From Mobula hypostoma (lineage: Eukaryota), in NCBI RefSeq assembly GCF_963921235.1, contig NC_086118.1, positions 28,150,001 to 28,214,000 of the forward strand: 64,000 nt of DNA, written 5' to 3'. Each line of letters begins with the position of its first letter. Position 1 is the stretch's first letter. This document shows, piece after piece, positions 25,504 through 38,820 of the stretch. The position numbers and the translations under genes were made by a program. A model generated the notes under the pieces. The model made no database searches, was not told the origin of the DNA, and saw nothing but the letters and a program-made list of their open reading frames with translations.

Positions 25504-26190
25504 ATTAGATTAGATTAGATTAGATTATGAGGACATTCAGTCCTCGTTTATTGTCATTTAGAAATGCATGCATTAAAAAATGATCCAACGTTCCTCCAGA
25601 ATGATATCACAAGAAAACACAGGACAAACCAAGAATAAAACTGAAAAAAAACACATAATTATAACATATAGTTACAACAGTGCAAAGCAATACCATAATT
25701 TGATAAAGAGCAGACCATGGGCACGGTTAAAAAAAAGTCTCAGGTCCCGATAGCCCCATCATCTCATGCAGACGGTGGAAGGGAGAAACTCCCCCTGCCA
25801 TGAACCGCCAAGCACCGCAAACTTGCTGATGCATTGGAAGCACCCAACCGCAGCCGACTCTGAGTCCATCCGAAAACTTCGAGCCTCCGACCAGCCCTCT
25901 GACACCGAGCACTTAGCACCATCCTCTGCTGAGCGCTTTGACCCCGCCCTGGCCGCCGAACAACAAGCAAAGCCGAGGACTTGGGGCCTTCTCCTCCGGA
26001 GATTCTGGATCACACAGTAGCAGCGGCAGCGAAAAAGGCATTTCAGAAGTTTCTCCAGATGTTCCTCCGTGCTTTCACATCTGACTCCATCAAATCAGGA
26101 TTGTGCACGGCACCCTACTTGACAGATAACAGATATCACCACTGGAGTGGCCACTGCAAGCTGCATTGCGCCGCCATCTTCTCCTCCTCA
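25504..26190 (-). mobile_element. Non-autonomous LINE-derived element with (TCTAA)n tail
   Basis: (ttaga)4 at the left end. GC-rich head gaggaggagaagatggcggcgc at the right end. The tail sequence recurs in + orientation at about 50230-50286. No RT ORF. Confidence 0.55.
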
Positions 26191-26324
26191 AAATGAGAGT
26201 GGAACTGATGTAATTTCTCTGCTGGGGCTGCTATAAACACAATGATTGGATAGACTCCTTCTACATTTTGAGGAAGGAAAGAAGAATGAGAAAGGACTTG
26301 ATTGAACAGGTCACAATTTCTTTA

Positions 26325-28045
26325 ATGCATTACCATCAGGAAGGAGGTACAGGAGCATCAAGACAAGGACAGCTAGATTGGCTATCAGCTTCTTCCCTCA
26401 GGCTATGAGACTAACAACTACCCTACCACCACCAAGGTCTTGTCTCTGGGACAGTGCGTAGTTTACTGTTCACTGTTCACCTGTGCTGAAATGTACATGC
26501 ATTTAGAATTACGTTTTATTTACTTATTTGTGGTAATATTCTGTTGTATGTGTTTGGTGTGATATATGTATTGAGGATGCACCACGATCCCGAGGAATGC
26601 TGTTTGTTTGGTTTTATATACGGACAGTCAGGTGACAATGAACTTGAACTTGAGCTTGAAACAGAATATCGTAAGAGACTTTGGCAAGCTGGTAGAAGGT
26701 GTAAGAGCCTCAGGACTTGCACAACCAGGTTCAAGAACAATTACTACCACTTAACCATCAGGCTCTTGAACAAAAGGGGATAACCCCACTCACTTGCTCA
26801 TCCATTGAGATGTTCCCACAGCAAATAATCTCACTTTAAGGACTCTTTATTTTGTTATTTCATGTTCTTGTCATTTATTGCTATTTATTTATATTTGCAT
26901 TTGCACAGTTTGTTGTTTTCGGCATGCTGGTTGACCTTTCTATGAATCTTGCTATAGTTACCAGTCGTGCTGAAGGGTTGTGGTCCGAAACGTCGACTGT
27001 CTTCCTTTCCATAGCCTGGCCTGCTGAGTTCCTCCAGCATTTTGTGTGTTTTACTTGGATTTCCAGCATCTGCAGATTTTTTTTCTTGTTTATAGTTACT
27101 ATTCTATAGATTTGTTGAGTATGCCTGCAGGAAAATGAATCTCAAGGTTCTATGTGGAGACATAAAATTCAAAATTTAAGGTAAAAAATTATTATCAGAG
27201 TACATCCATGTCACCACATACAACCCTGAGATTCTTTTTCTGTGGATATACTTAGCAAATCTATAGAACAGTAATTGTGAACTGTAAAAAATATCAGAAA
27301 CTGTTAACTGTAAACAAACTGTATAAATACAGCTATCAATAAATAGCAAGCATGAAATAACAATATTACAGAGTTCTTAGATGAGTGTAGTTATCCCCTT
27401 TTGTGCAAGAACCAGATGGTTGAGGGGTAGTAACAATTCTTGAACCGGGTGGCATGAATCCTGAGGCACTTGCACCTTCTCCCCGACAGCAGCAGCGAGA
27501 AAAGAACATGGCCTGGGTGGTGAGTATCTTTGATGACTGATGCTGTTTTTCTATGGCAACATTTCAAGTAGATGTCCTCAATGGCTGGGAGGGCCTTACC
27601 CATGACATACTGGGACAAATCCATTACCTTTCGTAGGATTTTCCACTCAAGGGCGTTGGTGTTCCCATACCAGGCTGTAATGCAGCCAGTCAGCACACTT
27701 TCCACCACACATCCAAAGAAGTTTGCCAAGGATTTTGATAACATGTCGAATCTCGGCAGACTCCTGAGGAAGTAGAGATGCTGTTATGTTTTCTTTGCAA
27801 TATTATTTATATGATGGGTCCAGGACAGGTCATCTGGGAGCGTGACACCCAGGAATTTAAAGTTACTGACCCTCTCCACCTCTGATCCTCTGATGATTAC
27901 TAGCTCATTGACCTCTGGTTTCCATCTCTTGAAGTCTACAATCAGCTCCTTGGTCTTATTGATATTGAGTGAGAGATTATTGACTTTGATTAAGTCTGAA
28001 TACATTTTGTACTCAGATAATAAAAGTTACTTTGAACTTTGAACT
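26325..28045. mobile_element. Cluster of Rex1/L2-like LINE 3' fragments in both orientations plus a PLE terminus
   Basis: ORFs 27391-27744 and 27784-28005 (NNLSLNINKTKELIVDFK; HHPGH..FSLL.SGRR) resemble the C-terminus of the 18899-21250 element. Decayed PLE terminus at 26960-27085. Confidence 0.7.
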
Positions 28046-28895
28046 TTCCTCTTGCTGGATAAACTAAAGTTAGGAAGGGTCATTGTTTAAAAATGTCACA
28101 TATTTAGGACAGCAATGAGATGTTTTCTTTTTGTTTCTTTCAGAGATTTGTGAGCCCTTGCAATTTAGTCTGAGACAGTGGAAACAGTTTTTGCATATTT
28201 TTAAGATGGAGCAGGTAGATAAATGAAAAATAGGGGCGTGACATGAAGTCCCAACCAGATCATTTTCAGCCAGGGTATCAGTAAATGACAAAGCAGATGA
28301 GGGTTAGTGTGGCCTACTTATGCTCCTACTTTGTATGTTTGTACCTTCAGAACAAAAGATGTTCGAAACTGATTTAGACATAGATGAATACATCTTTCAA
28401 CCACCTTCAGCCACTCTCGTTCACACATACACACTCACAATGCACACAATATAAGAAATTATTAACAGACTAATCAGTAAAAATACTGCTGCCTTAAAGC
28501 ATAGAAACTAACAGTGGACCACATCTTACTTTCTCCTTTAGCGTCATTTTAACTGAAATGTTTTGTTCTCCTGCGCTTATTAAACCTTTCATTTTTACTT
28601 GTTTTCCATTCTGCTTACCGAGAAATCTTTACTCACACTTCCTCCCGTGGAAAGTAATGACTGTTTACCATGATTTTTGTTCCAGTTGTTATCTCGAATT
28701 CTATTTTCAGAGATGATCAGTTTAGCAGCAATGTCATTTGTGTTCCAGGTTCAAATGCAGTGTTCTGATAAAGGATTTTTGACTTACAATGTCATTTTTG
28801 TTTCTCTTCCCACAGATGTGGGCTGAACTGCAGAGTGTTTGAAGAATTTTCTGTTTTTGTTTCAGCAGCATTATCAAGTGGAGCTTCATCTACAT

Positions 28896-29611
28896 CAGGG
28901 GTGTCTTACCTTTTTTATGTCATGGGCCAATACCATAGAAACATAGAAAACCTACAGCAGAATACAGGCACTTCTGCCCACAAAGATGTGCCAAACATGT
29001 CCCTACCTTAGAATTAACTAGGCTTTACCCATAGCCCTCTATTTTTCAAAGCTCCGCGTCGCCATCCAGGAGTCCTTAAAAGACTATCATTTCCGCCACC
29101 ACCACCACCGCCAGCAGCCCATTCCACACACTCAGCACTCTCTGCATAAAAAATTACCCCTGACATCTCCTCTGTACCTACTTCCAAGCACCTTAAAACT
29201 ATGCCCTCTCATGCTAGCCATTTCAGCCCTGGGGAAAAGCCTCTGCCTATCCACATGATCGGTACCTCTTATTATCTTGTACACCTCTATCAGGTCACCT
29301 CTCATCCTCCGTCGCTCCAAGGAGAAAAGGCCAAGCTCACTCAACCTATCGTCATAAGGCATGCTCCCCAATCCAGGCAACATCCTTGTAAATCTCCTCT
29401 GCACCCTTTCTATGGTTTCCACATCCTTCCTGTAGTGAGGTGACCAGAAATGAGCACAGTACTCTAAGTGGGGTCTGACCAGGATCCTATATGGCTGCAA
29501 CATTACCTCTCAGCTCTTAAACTCAATCCCATGATTGATGAAGGCCAATGCACCGTATGCTTTCTGAACCATTAAGCAAGGGGTCTGTGGACCCCAGGTT
29601 GGGAACTCTTG
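28896..29611. mobile_element. Small hAT-like MITE split by a CR1 3' fragment (28937-29567, - strand)
   Basis: Degenerate TIRs caggggtgtc...gggaactcttg. CR1 ORF 29132-29503 (RPHLEYCAHFWSP), tail agaaacatagaaa, TSD accat (28932-28936 and 29568-29572). Confidence 0.7.
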
Positions 29612-29759
29612 ATTAACACTTTCATTGTAGGTTCTGAGGTGTGGAAGGCTGGAGGGGCAGTAGAAAAGGTTATAGTATACCAGTAATTAAACGTGGGACT
29701 CTCAAAATTTCAGAAGATATTTTAACATGTAATTGTGAGACTGTGTGCTATGTTTTTAA

Positions 29760-30138
29760 AAGATTCACCTGTAACCAACCAGAAAAGACTTCCTTTATTA
29801 CCATTCTTTGCCTCTTGCCAATCAGCCTCTGCTTCATCCATGCTAGCATCTTTCCTATAATACCATGGGCTCTTAACTTGTTAAGCAGCCTCATGTGTGG
29901 CACCTTGTCAAAGGCCTTCTGAAAATCCAATTACGCATCATCCACTGATTCTCCTTTTTCTACCCTGCTTGTTCAAAGAATTCCAACAGATTTGTCAGGC
30001 AAGACTTTCCCTTGAGGAAATCATGCTGACTACAGCTTATTTTATCACGTGCCTCCAAGTATCCCAAAACCCCATCCTTAACAATTGACTCCAACATTCT
30101 CACAACCATTGAGGTCAAACTAACTGGCATATAATTTT
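29760..30138 (-). mobile_element. CR1 RT fragment (continues at 36445-38690)
   Basis: DFQKAFDKVPHMRLL motif; collinear with the CR1 resuming at about 36445. Confidence 0.75.
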
Positions 30139-30990
30139 ATAGGAAGAGGCGCAGTCGACGTTTCAGGCCGAGACCCTTCGTCAGGACTAACTGAAGGAAG
30201 AGTGAGTAAGGGATTTGAAAGCTGGAGGGGGAGGGGGTGATCCAAAATGATAGGAGAAGACAGGAGGAGGAGGGATAGAGCCAAGAGCTGGACAGGTGAT
30301 AGGCAAAAGGGGATACGAGAGGATCATGGGACAGGAGGTCCGGGAAGAAAGACGGGGGGGGGGGGGTGACCCAGAGGATGGGCAAGAGGTATATTCAGAG
30401 GGACAGAGGGAGAAAAAGGAGAGTGAGAGAAAGAATGTGTGCATAAAAATGAGTAACAGATGGGGTACGAGGGGGAGGTGGGGCCTAGCGGAAGTTAGAG
30501 AAGTCAATGTTCATGCCATCAGGTTGGAGGCTACCCAGACGGAATATAAGGTGTTGTTCCTCCAACCTGAGTGTGGCTTCATCTTTACAGTAGAGGAGGG
30601 CGTGGATAGACATGTCAGAATGGGAATGGGATGTGGAATTAAAATGTGTGGCCACAGGGAGATCCTGCTTTCTCTGGCGGACAGAGCGTAGATGTTCAGC
30701 AAAGCAGTCTCCCAGTCTGCGTCGGGTCTCACCAATATATAAAAGGCCCACCGAACTCGTTTCTGCATACCTCGACACTGTTTTATCACCCCTTGTTCAA
30801 TCCCTTCCGACCTATGTTCGTGACACTTCTCACACTCTTAAACTTTTCGATGATTTTAAGTTCCCTGGCCCCCACCGCTTTATTTTCACCATGGATGTCC
30901 AGTCCTTATATACTTCCATCCCCCATCAGGAAGGTCTCAAAGCTCTACGCTTCTTTTTGGATTCCAGACCTAATCAGTTCCCCTCTACCA
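30139..30990 (-). mobile_element. Penelope-like fragment with internal inversion (30139-30745 on -, about 30746-30990 on +)
   Basis: GIY-YIG part LYIGETRRRLGD on the - strand is joined to RT part PTELVSAYLD...MDVQSLYTSIP on the + strand. Both closely match 10232-12234. Confidence 0.85.
30153..30188 (-). ncRNA. Minimal hammerhead ribozyme motif
   Basis: agtc CTGACGA agggtctcggcct GAAA cgtc gact; core intact. Confidence 0.72.
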
Positions 30991-31490
30991 GAGGTACAGA
31001 GAAGAAGTGGCAGGAAGATTGGAAAAATGAATTAAGGGGCAGACATTATTTTTCTAGTCACCCACTAGTTAAAAAGGTCTCAGACTATTACCTTTTAAGT
31101 CGTAGAGATATGGTGAAATTAACGAGACTTAGATTGGGGCATTGTGGGCTAAACTATTATTTAAAGATAATAGGAAAACATCCTACTGGATTATGTGACT
31201 GTGGTAGTCCAGAGACAGTCCAGCATGTTTTGCTGAGCTGTAATCGATACAAAATTGAAAGAAGCATGTTGTTCAAGAGGCTATCTGGCTTAAATTTATT
31301 TTGGTTTTCTATTAAATCTTTGGCCATCAAGAGAATCAACATCTGATTGAAAAGTCTATTATTCAGTTTATACGTGAGACTAGTTTGTACTCAAGAATTT
31401 GAGTTCCTTGAAGTTCTATAATTAATTATACATCCTGTGGAGGGCTGCAATAGGCTTGATGCATCTAAACAGCCAGAAATAGAAGAAGAA
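30991..31490 (+). mobile_element. 3' end of a Nimb/I-like LINE
   Basis: WQEDWKNELRGRHY...LTRLRLGHCGLN...CDCGSPETVQHVLLSC (C-terminal CCHC); tail agaagaagaa. Confidence 0.8.
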
Positions 31491-34400
31491 ATTGTGCTAG
31501 TAAGTTTTCCTGAGCCTTTCCAGCATTCACATCTAAACTCTGTCCTCCTGAGTATCAACCCTGCCCGTTTATCTTAATTGTTCTTGTTTTTGACTCTGCC
31601 TGTTTCCTGATTCTGATATTTGGATTTCTCTGGATTTTTTGATCTCTGCTTGAACTTTGATGCTGACTTTGTTGCCCCTCTGGATTTGTTACTCATTAAT
31701 AATCACGGTGTGCACAGGACTTGGTCTACAATTGGGTTCCTGCTCCAGTGTCCTGACAGTACAATCTGGCCAGAATGGAACCAGCAGACCCTGGTCATCT
31801 GAGAGATATCCTGGAACAACAGGGAATGATGCTGGGGAAACACCAGAACCAGCTGGAGTCTGTTCAGGGCAGCGGAGTCACTTTCTGCCATTGAAGCTGA
31901 TTTTGTGGCCCAGACCCAGTCACTCCAGCTGTCCCAGAGCGCCCACCAACATTCTACGACTGTGACTGCATCTGCTGCCAGGCCATCCGCATCATTGCAT
32001 GCTCCTCCCATCCAAGAGCCTGGTCTGCCTCCTCCAGAGGAGTATTCAGGTGAACCCAGTATCTGTTGCTCTTTTCTTTCCCAGTTCACGCTCATTTTTG
32101 AATTATAATCGACAACAGTTCTGATTGATCAAGCCAAGGTAGCTTACATCCTCACCAAACTGTCTGGTCGGGCAAGAGAATGGCGAACAGCCCATTTTCT
32201 GCATCAGCTTTCAGTTATTTTTCAAGGAGATGAGAAAAGTGTTTGATCGCTCCAAACATGGGAGAGAGGCTGCCCATGAAATGCTGCACATGCGCCAGGA
32301 CATAGATCTGTGTCAGATTACGCCATAGAGTTCCGGACCATAGCCACCTCCAGCCACTGGAACTCTGAGGCACAGTATGACACCTTCCTGAACGGACTCT
32401 CTGAAGGCATCAAAGATGAGCTGGTCACCCAGGACCTTTCTGCCACCTTTGAAGCCCTGGTGGATTTGGCCATCTGTGTTGATGTTTGCTTCAGCAGTGC
32501 TGCAGAGGGAGCGGTTCCAGAGGGTTCCTGGGGGTGCTGAGTGAGTTCCAAGCTCCTCATCATTCTGCATTGCCCTGCCATTTCGCCCATCTACAACTCC
32601 TGTTCCAGAGCCTGAAGCTGTGCAGGTTGACCATACCCACCTGATGCTGACTGAAAGACAAAGGCGAATCAGCACCTACTCCTGTCTGTATTGTGGCCAA
32701 CCAGGTCACTTCATCACCACCTGCCCAGTAAAAGCCAGCACTCACCAGTAGGACGGAGTACTGGTAAGTGTAACCCCCGTCCTGCCCTCCTCAACATCAC
32801 TCATTCTCATACCAGCGTCTCTGGAGTGGGGTATCTAACGGCGAGCAGACTCCGCCTTGGTCGATTCTGGTGCAGAAGGGAGTTTTATCGATTCTGGCTT
32901 CGCTGCCCAGTGGGGGTTACCAACGTCTACTCTCCGGTCACCATTGGTGGCCAACACATTGAACGATCAGAGACTGGAAAACATCACCCATGTCACGGCC
33001 CTGGTGAGTCTCAGTTTATCCGGCGACCATCATGAGCAGTTAACCCTTGTGTTATTGACTCTCCACAATCTCCCATTGTCCTGGGCCATCCTTGTTAGTT
33101 AAACATAACTCCCGCATTGACTGGCTAAATCGCAAGGTTGTAGGCTGGAGCCTATTCTTTCACTCCCACTGCCTCTGCCAAGCTCTGATCCCCTTGTCTC
33201 CAAGCCCAGATTCCCTTGAGGAATTTCTGGGCCTTAGTGCCATCCCTCCAGAATACATGGACCTCAAGGCTGTGTTCAACAAGTCCTGGGCCACTTCCCT
33301 GCCACTCATCGTTCATATGATTGCGCCATTGACCTCTTGCCTGGCACATCTCCCCCAAGGGGCCACCTGTACTCCCTGTCTGTACCTGAAACAGAAGCCA
33401 TGAGTAAGTACATTAAATAGTCCCTGGCTGCAGGCATCATCCGGCTGTCTTCCTCCCCTGCTGGTGTCAGTTTTTTCTTTGTTGGAAAGAAGGACGTCTC
33501 CTTACATCCATGCATTGATTACTGGGGCCTGAATGAAGTGACTGTTAAAAACCATTACCCTCTTCCGCTCATGATCTCGGCATTTGAACTACTACAAGGA
33601 GCCTAAGTTTTTACCAGGCTTGATCTCCATAACGCCTACCATCTTGTCTGCATCTGCGAAGGGGACGAGTGGAAGATAGCCTTCAACACCACCTCAGGCC
33701 ATTATGAGTACCTGGGCATGCCATTCAGTCTCCCCAATGCCCCCACCGTCTTCCAAGCCCTGGTAAATGATGTTCTCAGGGACATGCTGAACCAATTTGT
33801 TTTTGGGTATCTTGACAACATTTTGATTTTTTTTCTCTAAGTCTCCTGCTGAACACACAGATAATGTCTGCAGAGTTCTCCTGCGCCTTCTGGAGAGTCA
33901 GTTCTTTGTGAAGGCTGAAATGTGAGTTTCATCGCAATACAGTCTTCTTCCTGAGATGTAATTTAAGGTGGTTTCGTTCAGATGGGCCAACAGAAGGTCA
34001 AGGCGGTGGTCGAATGGCCCCAACCTTCAACTCGTCGGGAGTTGCAATGCTTCTTGGGCTTTAACTTCTATCACTGCTTCATCAGAAATTACAGTACACT
34101 GGCTGCAACACTCACTGCTCTTACTTCATCGGCTGTCAGATTCTCCTGGTCCCCTGCTGCTGAAAAAGCATTCTCTGACCTGAAGGAACGTTTCACCTCT
34201 GCCCCGCTCCTGATTCAACTCGACACCGACCGGCAGTTCACTGTGGAGGTTGATGCGTCTGACGTTGGTGTAGGAGCTGTTCTCTGTCAGCACTCGGCCA
34301 AGAATGAGAAGGTACACCCCTGCACCTTCTCTCACCACCTCACTCCCACAGACTGGAATTATGTGATCGGAAACCAGGAGCTGCTGGCTGTGAAGCTAGC

Positions 34401-36444
34401 TCTGGAGGAGTGGAGGCATTGGCTGGAGGGAGCCAAGATATCATTCTTGGTCTGGACTGGTCACAAGAATCTGGAATATATCCGTACAGCCAAGCACCTC
34501 AACTCCTGTCAAGCTCGTTGTTCCCTGTTTTTCTCAAGATTCAATTTTACTCTGTCCTTCCACCCCAGTCCAAGAATGGAAAACCTAATGCCTTCTCCTG
34601 AAGATTTCCCTCTTCTGAGACCCCTGAGGTACCCGATGTCATCCTTCCTGCTTACTGTCTCGTGGGTGCAGCACAATGGGACATTGATTCCACCATGCAA
34701 GCTGCTCAATAGAGCGAGGCAGCCCCTAGTCAATGCCCCACTAACCGTGTTTATGTTCCCAGCTCTGTCCACTCACAGGTATTGCACTGAGGTCATTCTT
34801 CCCAGTTATCCTGTCACCATGGAATCAGGCGTACTCAGGCCTTCATCAGTCGATGGTTCTGGTGGCCCTTCATGGGAGATGACATCCACAACTTCGTCTC
34901 AGCCTGCTCGGTCTGTGCTCAAGGCAAGAATTCTAACCATTCACCTGCTGGTCTATTACAACCTCTGTCTATCCCAAGAGACCCTGGTCCAACATTGACC
35001 TTGACTTTGTCACTGGTCTTCCCCCATCAGATGGTAACACCACCATCCTCACAGTAGTGGATTGCTCCTCCAAGTCTGTACCATTCATTCCTTTACCTAA
35101 ACTCCCCTTTGCCAAAGAAACAGCCATATTACCAATACTGCATGTTTTCAAATTACATGGTTTAGCTGTAGATGTTGTCAGACAGGGGCTCTCAATTCAT
35201 ATCCAACTTCTGGTGGACATTCTGTAATCTTCTTAGTACCTTGGTGAGTCTGTCTTCAGGATTCCACCCACAGATTAATGGCCAGACCGAGTGGGCCAAC
35301 CAACAGCTAGAGACTGTATTGTGCTGTCTGCTCTCCCAGAACCCCTCCTCGTGCAGTCAGCAGCTATCCTGAGCTGAGTATGCCATAAACTCTCATCCGT
35401 CCTCGTGCACCGGTCTGTCCCCCTTCGAGTGCTGCCTTGGCCACCAACCCCCACTGATTCCTGCCCAGGAGGAGTTTGGCGTTCCATCTGCCGAGGCATT
35501 CATCCGCCATTGTCAGCGGTCGTGGAGGCACACTCACTCTGCCCTCTCTGTGCCTCAGCTAGGATCAAGCGTCAAGGTGACCACCATCGCTTCAAGGCCC
35601 CACGTTACTGCCAAGGACAGCATGTGTGGCTTTCAACCTGAGACCTGCCCCTCAAGGTAGATTCCTGCAAACTCTCCACCCCCACCCTCTGCTTCATCGG
35701 CCCCTTTCCCATTGCTGAAGTCATCAGCCCTGCTGCCATCCGTCTCAAGCTCCCCTCCACACTCTGCCACATTCATCCCACCTTCCATGTGTCCTACATC
35801 AAGCCTTTCATGAGCTACCCCCTGTCCTGAAACTCTTCCCCCCCCCACCTTCATGGCTCATCGATGGATCAGAGGCCTTCACGGTGGTTGACTGCTGGAT
35901 GTTTGTTCCTGGGGCCGTGGCCTCCGGTACCTTGTGGACTGGGAAGGCTATGGTCCTGAGGAAAGGTGCTGGGTGCCCTGTAACATCCTGGACCACTCTC
36001 TCATCTGAACTGTCTGTTATGTTTTTCCCCCTAGCCATTTTTTGTATTGCCATGTTCTCTTGTTTGTTTTCATGCCCCATGTGCTCCTGTTCCGGCCCCT
36101 GTGTCACTGATTACTCCTCCCTTCACCCGTTTCCCATTATTACCTGTACTGGCACCTATGTCTCATTGTGCCTCTCTGTTTATTGCTCAGTATATGTTAG
36201 TCCTGTGTTTTGCCAGATTGTGTCAGTGAGTTTTCCTGACCCTTTCCAGCATTCATATCTAAACTCTGTCCTCCTGAGTATCAACCCTGCCTGTTTCCGG
36301 ACCCTAATTTTGCCTGTTCATCTTGATTGTTCTGGTTTTTGACTTTGACGCTGACTTTGTTGTCCGTCTGGATTTGTTACTCAATGAATATCAGTGTGCA
36401 CAGGATTTGGTCTGCGATTGGGTCCCTGCTCCAGCATCTTGGCA
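31491..36444 (+). mobile_element. Degenerate chromovirus-type Ty3/Gypsy element (Tf1/sushi-like)
   Basis: Truncated 5' LTR 31491-31758 matches 36217-36444 of the 3' LTR (about 36011-36444). gag PEEYSGEP and CLYCGQPGHFITTC, PR VDSGAEGSFID, RT, RNase [24 protein letters not shown], chromodomain [17 protein letters not shown] near 35925-35980. Confidence 0.9.
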
Positions 36445-38690
36445 TTTCCATTCCTCTAGGACCGTGCCAGAATCAATTGATTATTGAAAGATCATTACTA
36501 AAGCCTTCACAAACTCTTCAGCAACCTCTTTCAGGTGACTTATATACTTTCAGACCTTTCAGCTTCCCAAAAACCTTCTCCCTATCAATAGCAGCTTCAC
36601 ACATTCTGCCCCTGACACTCTCAAACTTCTAGCATAGTGCTAATGTCTTCAACACTGAAGACTGATGCAAAATACTTATTCAGTTCATTCACCACTTCCT
36701 TGTCCCCCATTACTATCTCTCTAGCATCATTCTTAGAGCAGGTCCACTATCCACTCTCCCCTCTCTTTTACACTTTATCCATTTGAAGAAACATTTGGTA
36801 TCTTTAATATTATTGACTAGCTAACCTTCATATTCCATCTTTTCCATCTTAATAACTTTTTAGTTGCCTTCTGTTGGTTTTTAAAAGCTTCCCAATCCTC
36901 TAACATCCCTCTAATTTTTGCTCTATTACACACCCTCTCTTTGGCTTTTACATTAGCTTTGACTTCTCCTGTTAGCAACGGTTTTGTCAACTTGCCTTTA
37001 AAATACTTTTTCCTCTTTGTGATGTGTATATCCTGCACCTTCTGGTTTGCATCCAGAAATTCCAGTGATTGCAGTGTTATTTTCAAATAAATTTTGGGCA
37101 GCTCCATTCTCATGCCTCTGTAGCTCCCTTTGCTCCACTGAAATGCCGATATATCTGACTTCAGCATTTTTTCAAATTTCAGGGTGATTTTGATCATATT
37201 ATGATCACTTTCCCAAAGGGTTCTTTTCCCTTAAGCTCGCTAATCAACTTTGGTTCATTGCACAACACCCAATCCAAAACATTTGATTCCCTAGTGAGTT
37301 CAAACACAAACTGCTCTAAAAAGCCATTCCTTAAATATTCTAGAACTTCTTTCTAGTTGTCCTGCATATTGAATTCCCCCATGACTATTGTAACATTGCC
37401 CTTTTGGCATGCATTTTCTATCTCCTGATGATTTGTAGATCACAGCCTTACTAGTATTTGGGGGTCTGTATATAACTCCCGTCAGGGTCTTTTCACCCTT
37501 GCAGTTCCCTAGCTCTCCCACAACCATCTGACCCTATGTCACCTCTTTCTAATGAATTGATTTCATTTTTACCAACAGTGCCATGCCTGCCCAACATACC
37601 TGCCTGTCCTTTTGATACAATATGTATCCTTGGATGTTAAGCTCCCAGCTATAATCTTTCAGCCGCAATTTAGTGATGCCTACGTTGTCATACGTGCCAA
37701 TCTGTAACTGTGCTGCAAGATCATTTATCTTATTCCGTACACTGCACACATTCAAACACAACATCTTCAGTCTTGTATTCACCCTTTTTGATTTCGTCTA
37801 CCTTTTACATTGCAACTCTTCTTGTTGACTGCAATTTTGCCCTATCAGTAGTGTCTCCTTGCTAGGAGTTTCACTACACACTGCCTCTCTCTGTAAACCA
37901 ACTACCCCACTCTCAGCACTATCACTCCAGTTCCCATCCCCTTGCCAAATTAGTTTAAACCCTCCCGAGCAGCTCTAGCAAACCTACCCACAAGGATATT
38001 GGTCCCCATCAGGTTCAGTTGACACCTGACCCTTTTGTGCAGGTTATTACTTCCCCAGAAGAGGTCCCAAAGATCTATGAATCTGAACCCCCCCCCACCC
38101 CCCATCCCCTGCACCAGTTTGTCAGCTGCGCATTCATCTGCCAAGTTGTTCTGTTCTTATCCTCACTGGCACATGGCATAGGCAGCAATGCAGAGATTAC
38201 TACCTCAAAGGTCCTGTTTTTCAGCTTTCTAGCTAGCTCCCTAAAATCTTTCTTCAAGACCTCCTCACCTTTTCTACCTATGTCATTTGTGCCAATATGT
38301 ACCAAAACTTCTGTCTGCTCACTCTCCCCCTTTAGAATGCCATGGACATCTCAGACCTTGGCACCTGAGATACAATATACCATCCAGGTGTCTCTATCAT
38401 GCCCACAGAATCTCATCTCTGTTTTCTATCACCACTGCAGTGTTCTTCACCTCTCCTCTTCTGAGTCACAGCAACATACTCAGTGCCAGAGACCCAATCA
38501 CTGTGGCTCCCCCACTTGTAGGACAACCCTCTCAACAGTATCTAAAGTGGTATACTTATTAATGAGGAGAATGGCCACAGGGATGCTCTGCACTAGTTGT
38601 GCATTTCCCTTCCTTCCTGACAGTCACACAGTTATCTGTTACCTTAGGGTGACAATCTCCTTGTAGCCACTATCTATCACCTCATCCTTC
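36445..38690 (-). mobile_element. CR1 LINE 5' half (ORF1 esterase + APE), decayed
   Basis: SGNH esterase-like VHIGTNDIG (38075-38305); APE LCLNVCSVRNK and GVIYRPPN. Confidence 0.85.
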
Positions 38691-38713
38691 TGTATGAGCC
38701 AAACATATATAAT

Positions 38714-38761
38714 ATTATTTTTATTTATTTATTTATTTATTTTAAATCAATTTTTTATTTT

Positions 38762-38792
<31 letters not shown>

Positions 38793-38820
38793 TCTATTTA
38801 TTTATTTATTTATTTATTTT
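38714..38820 (+). repeat. (TTTA)n microsatellite, imperfect
   Basis: Directly visible tandem ttta/attt array. Confidence 0.9.

Noticed and set aside
30612..31346. 244-aa ORF as a novel gene
   Set aside because: Accidental in-frame fusion of PLE and Nimb fragments.
31775..33400. Domesticated PEG10/RTL-like gag gene
   Set aside because: Multiple stops and frameshifts with LTRs still present indicate a decaying transposon.
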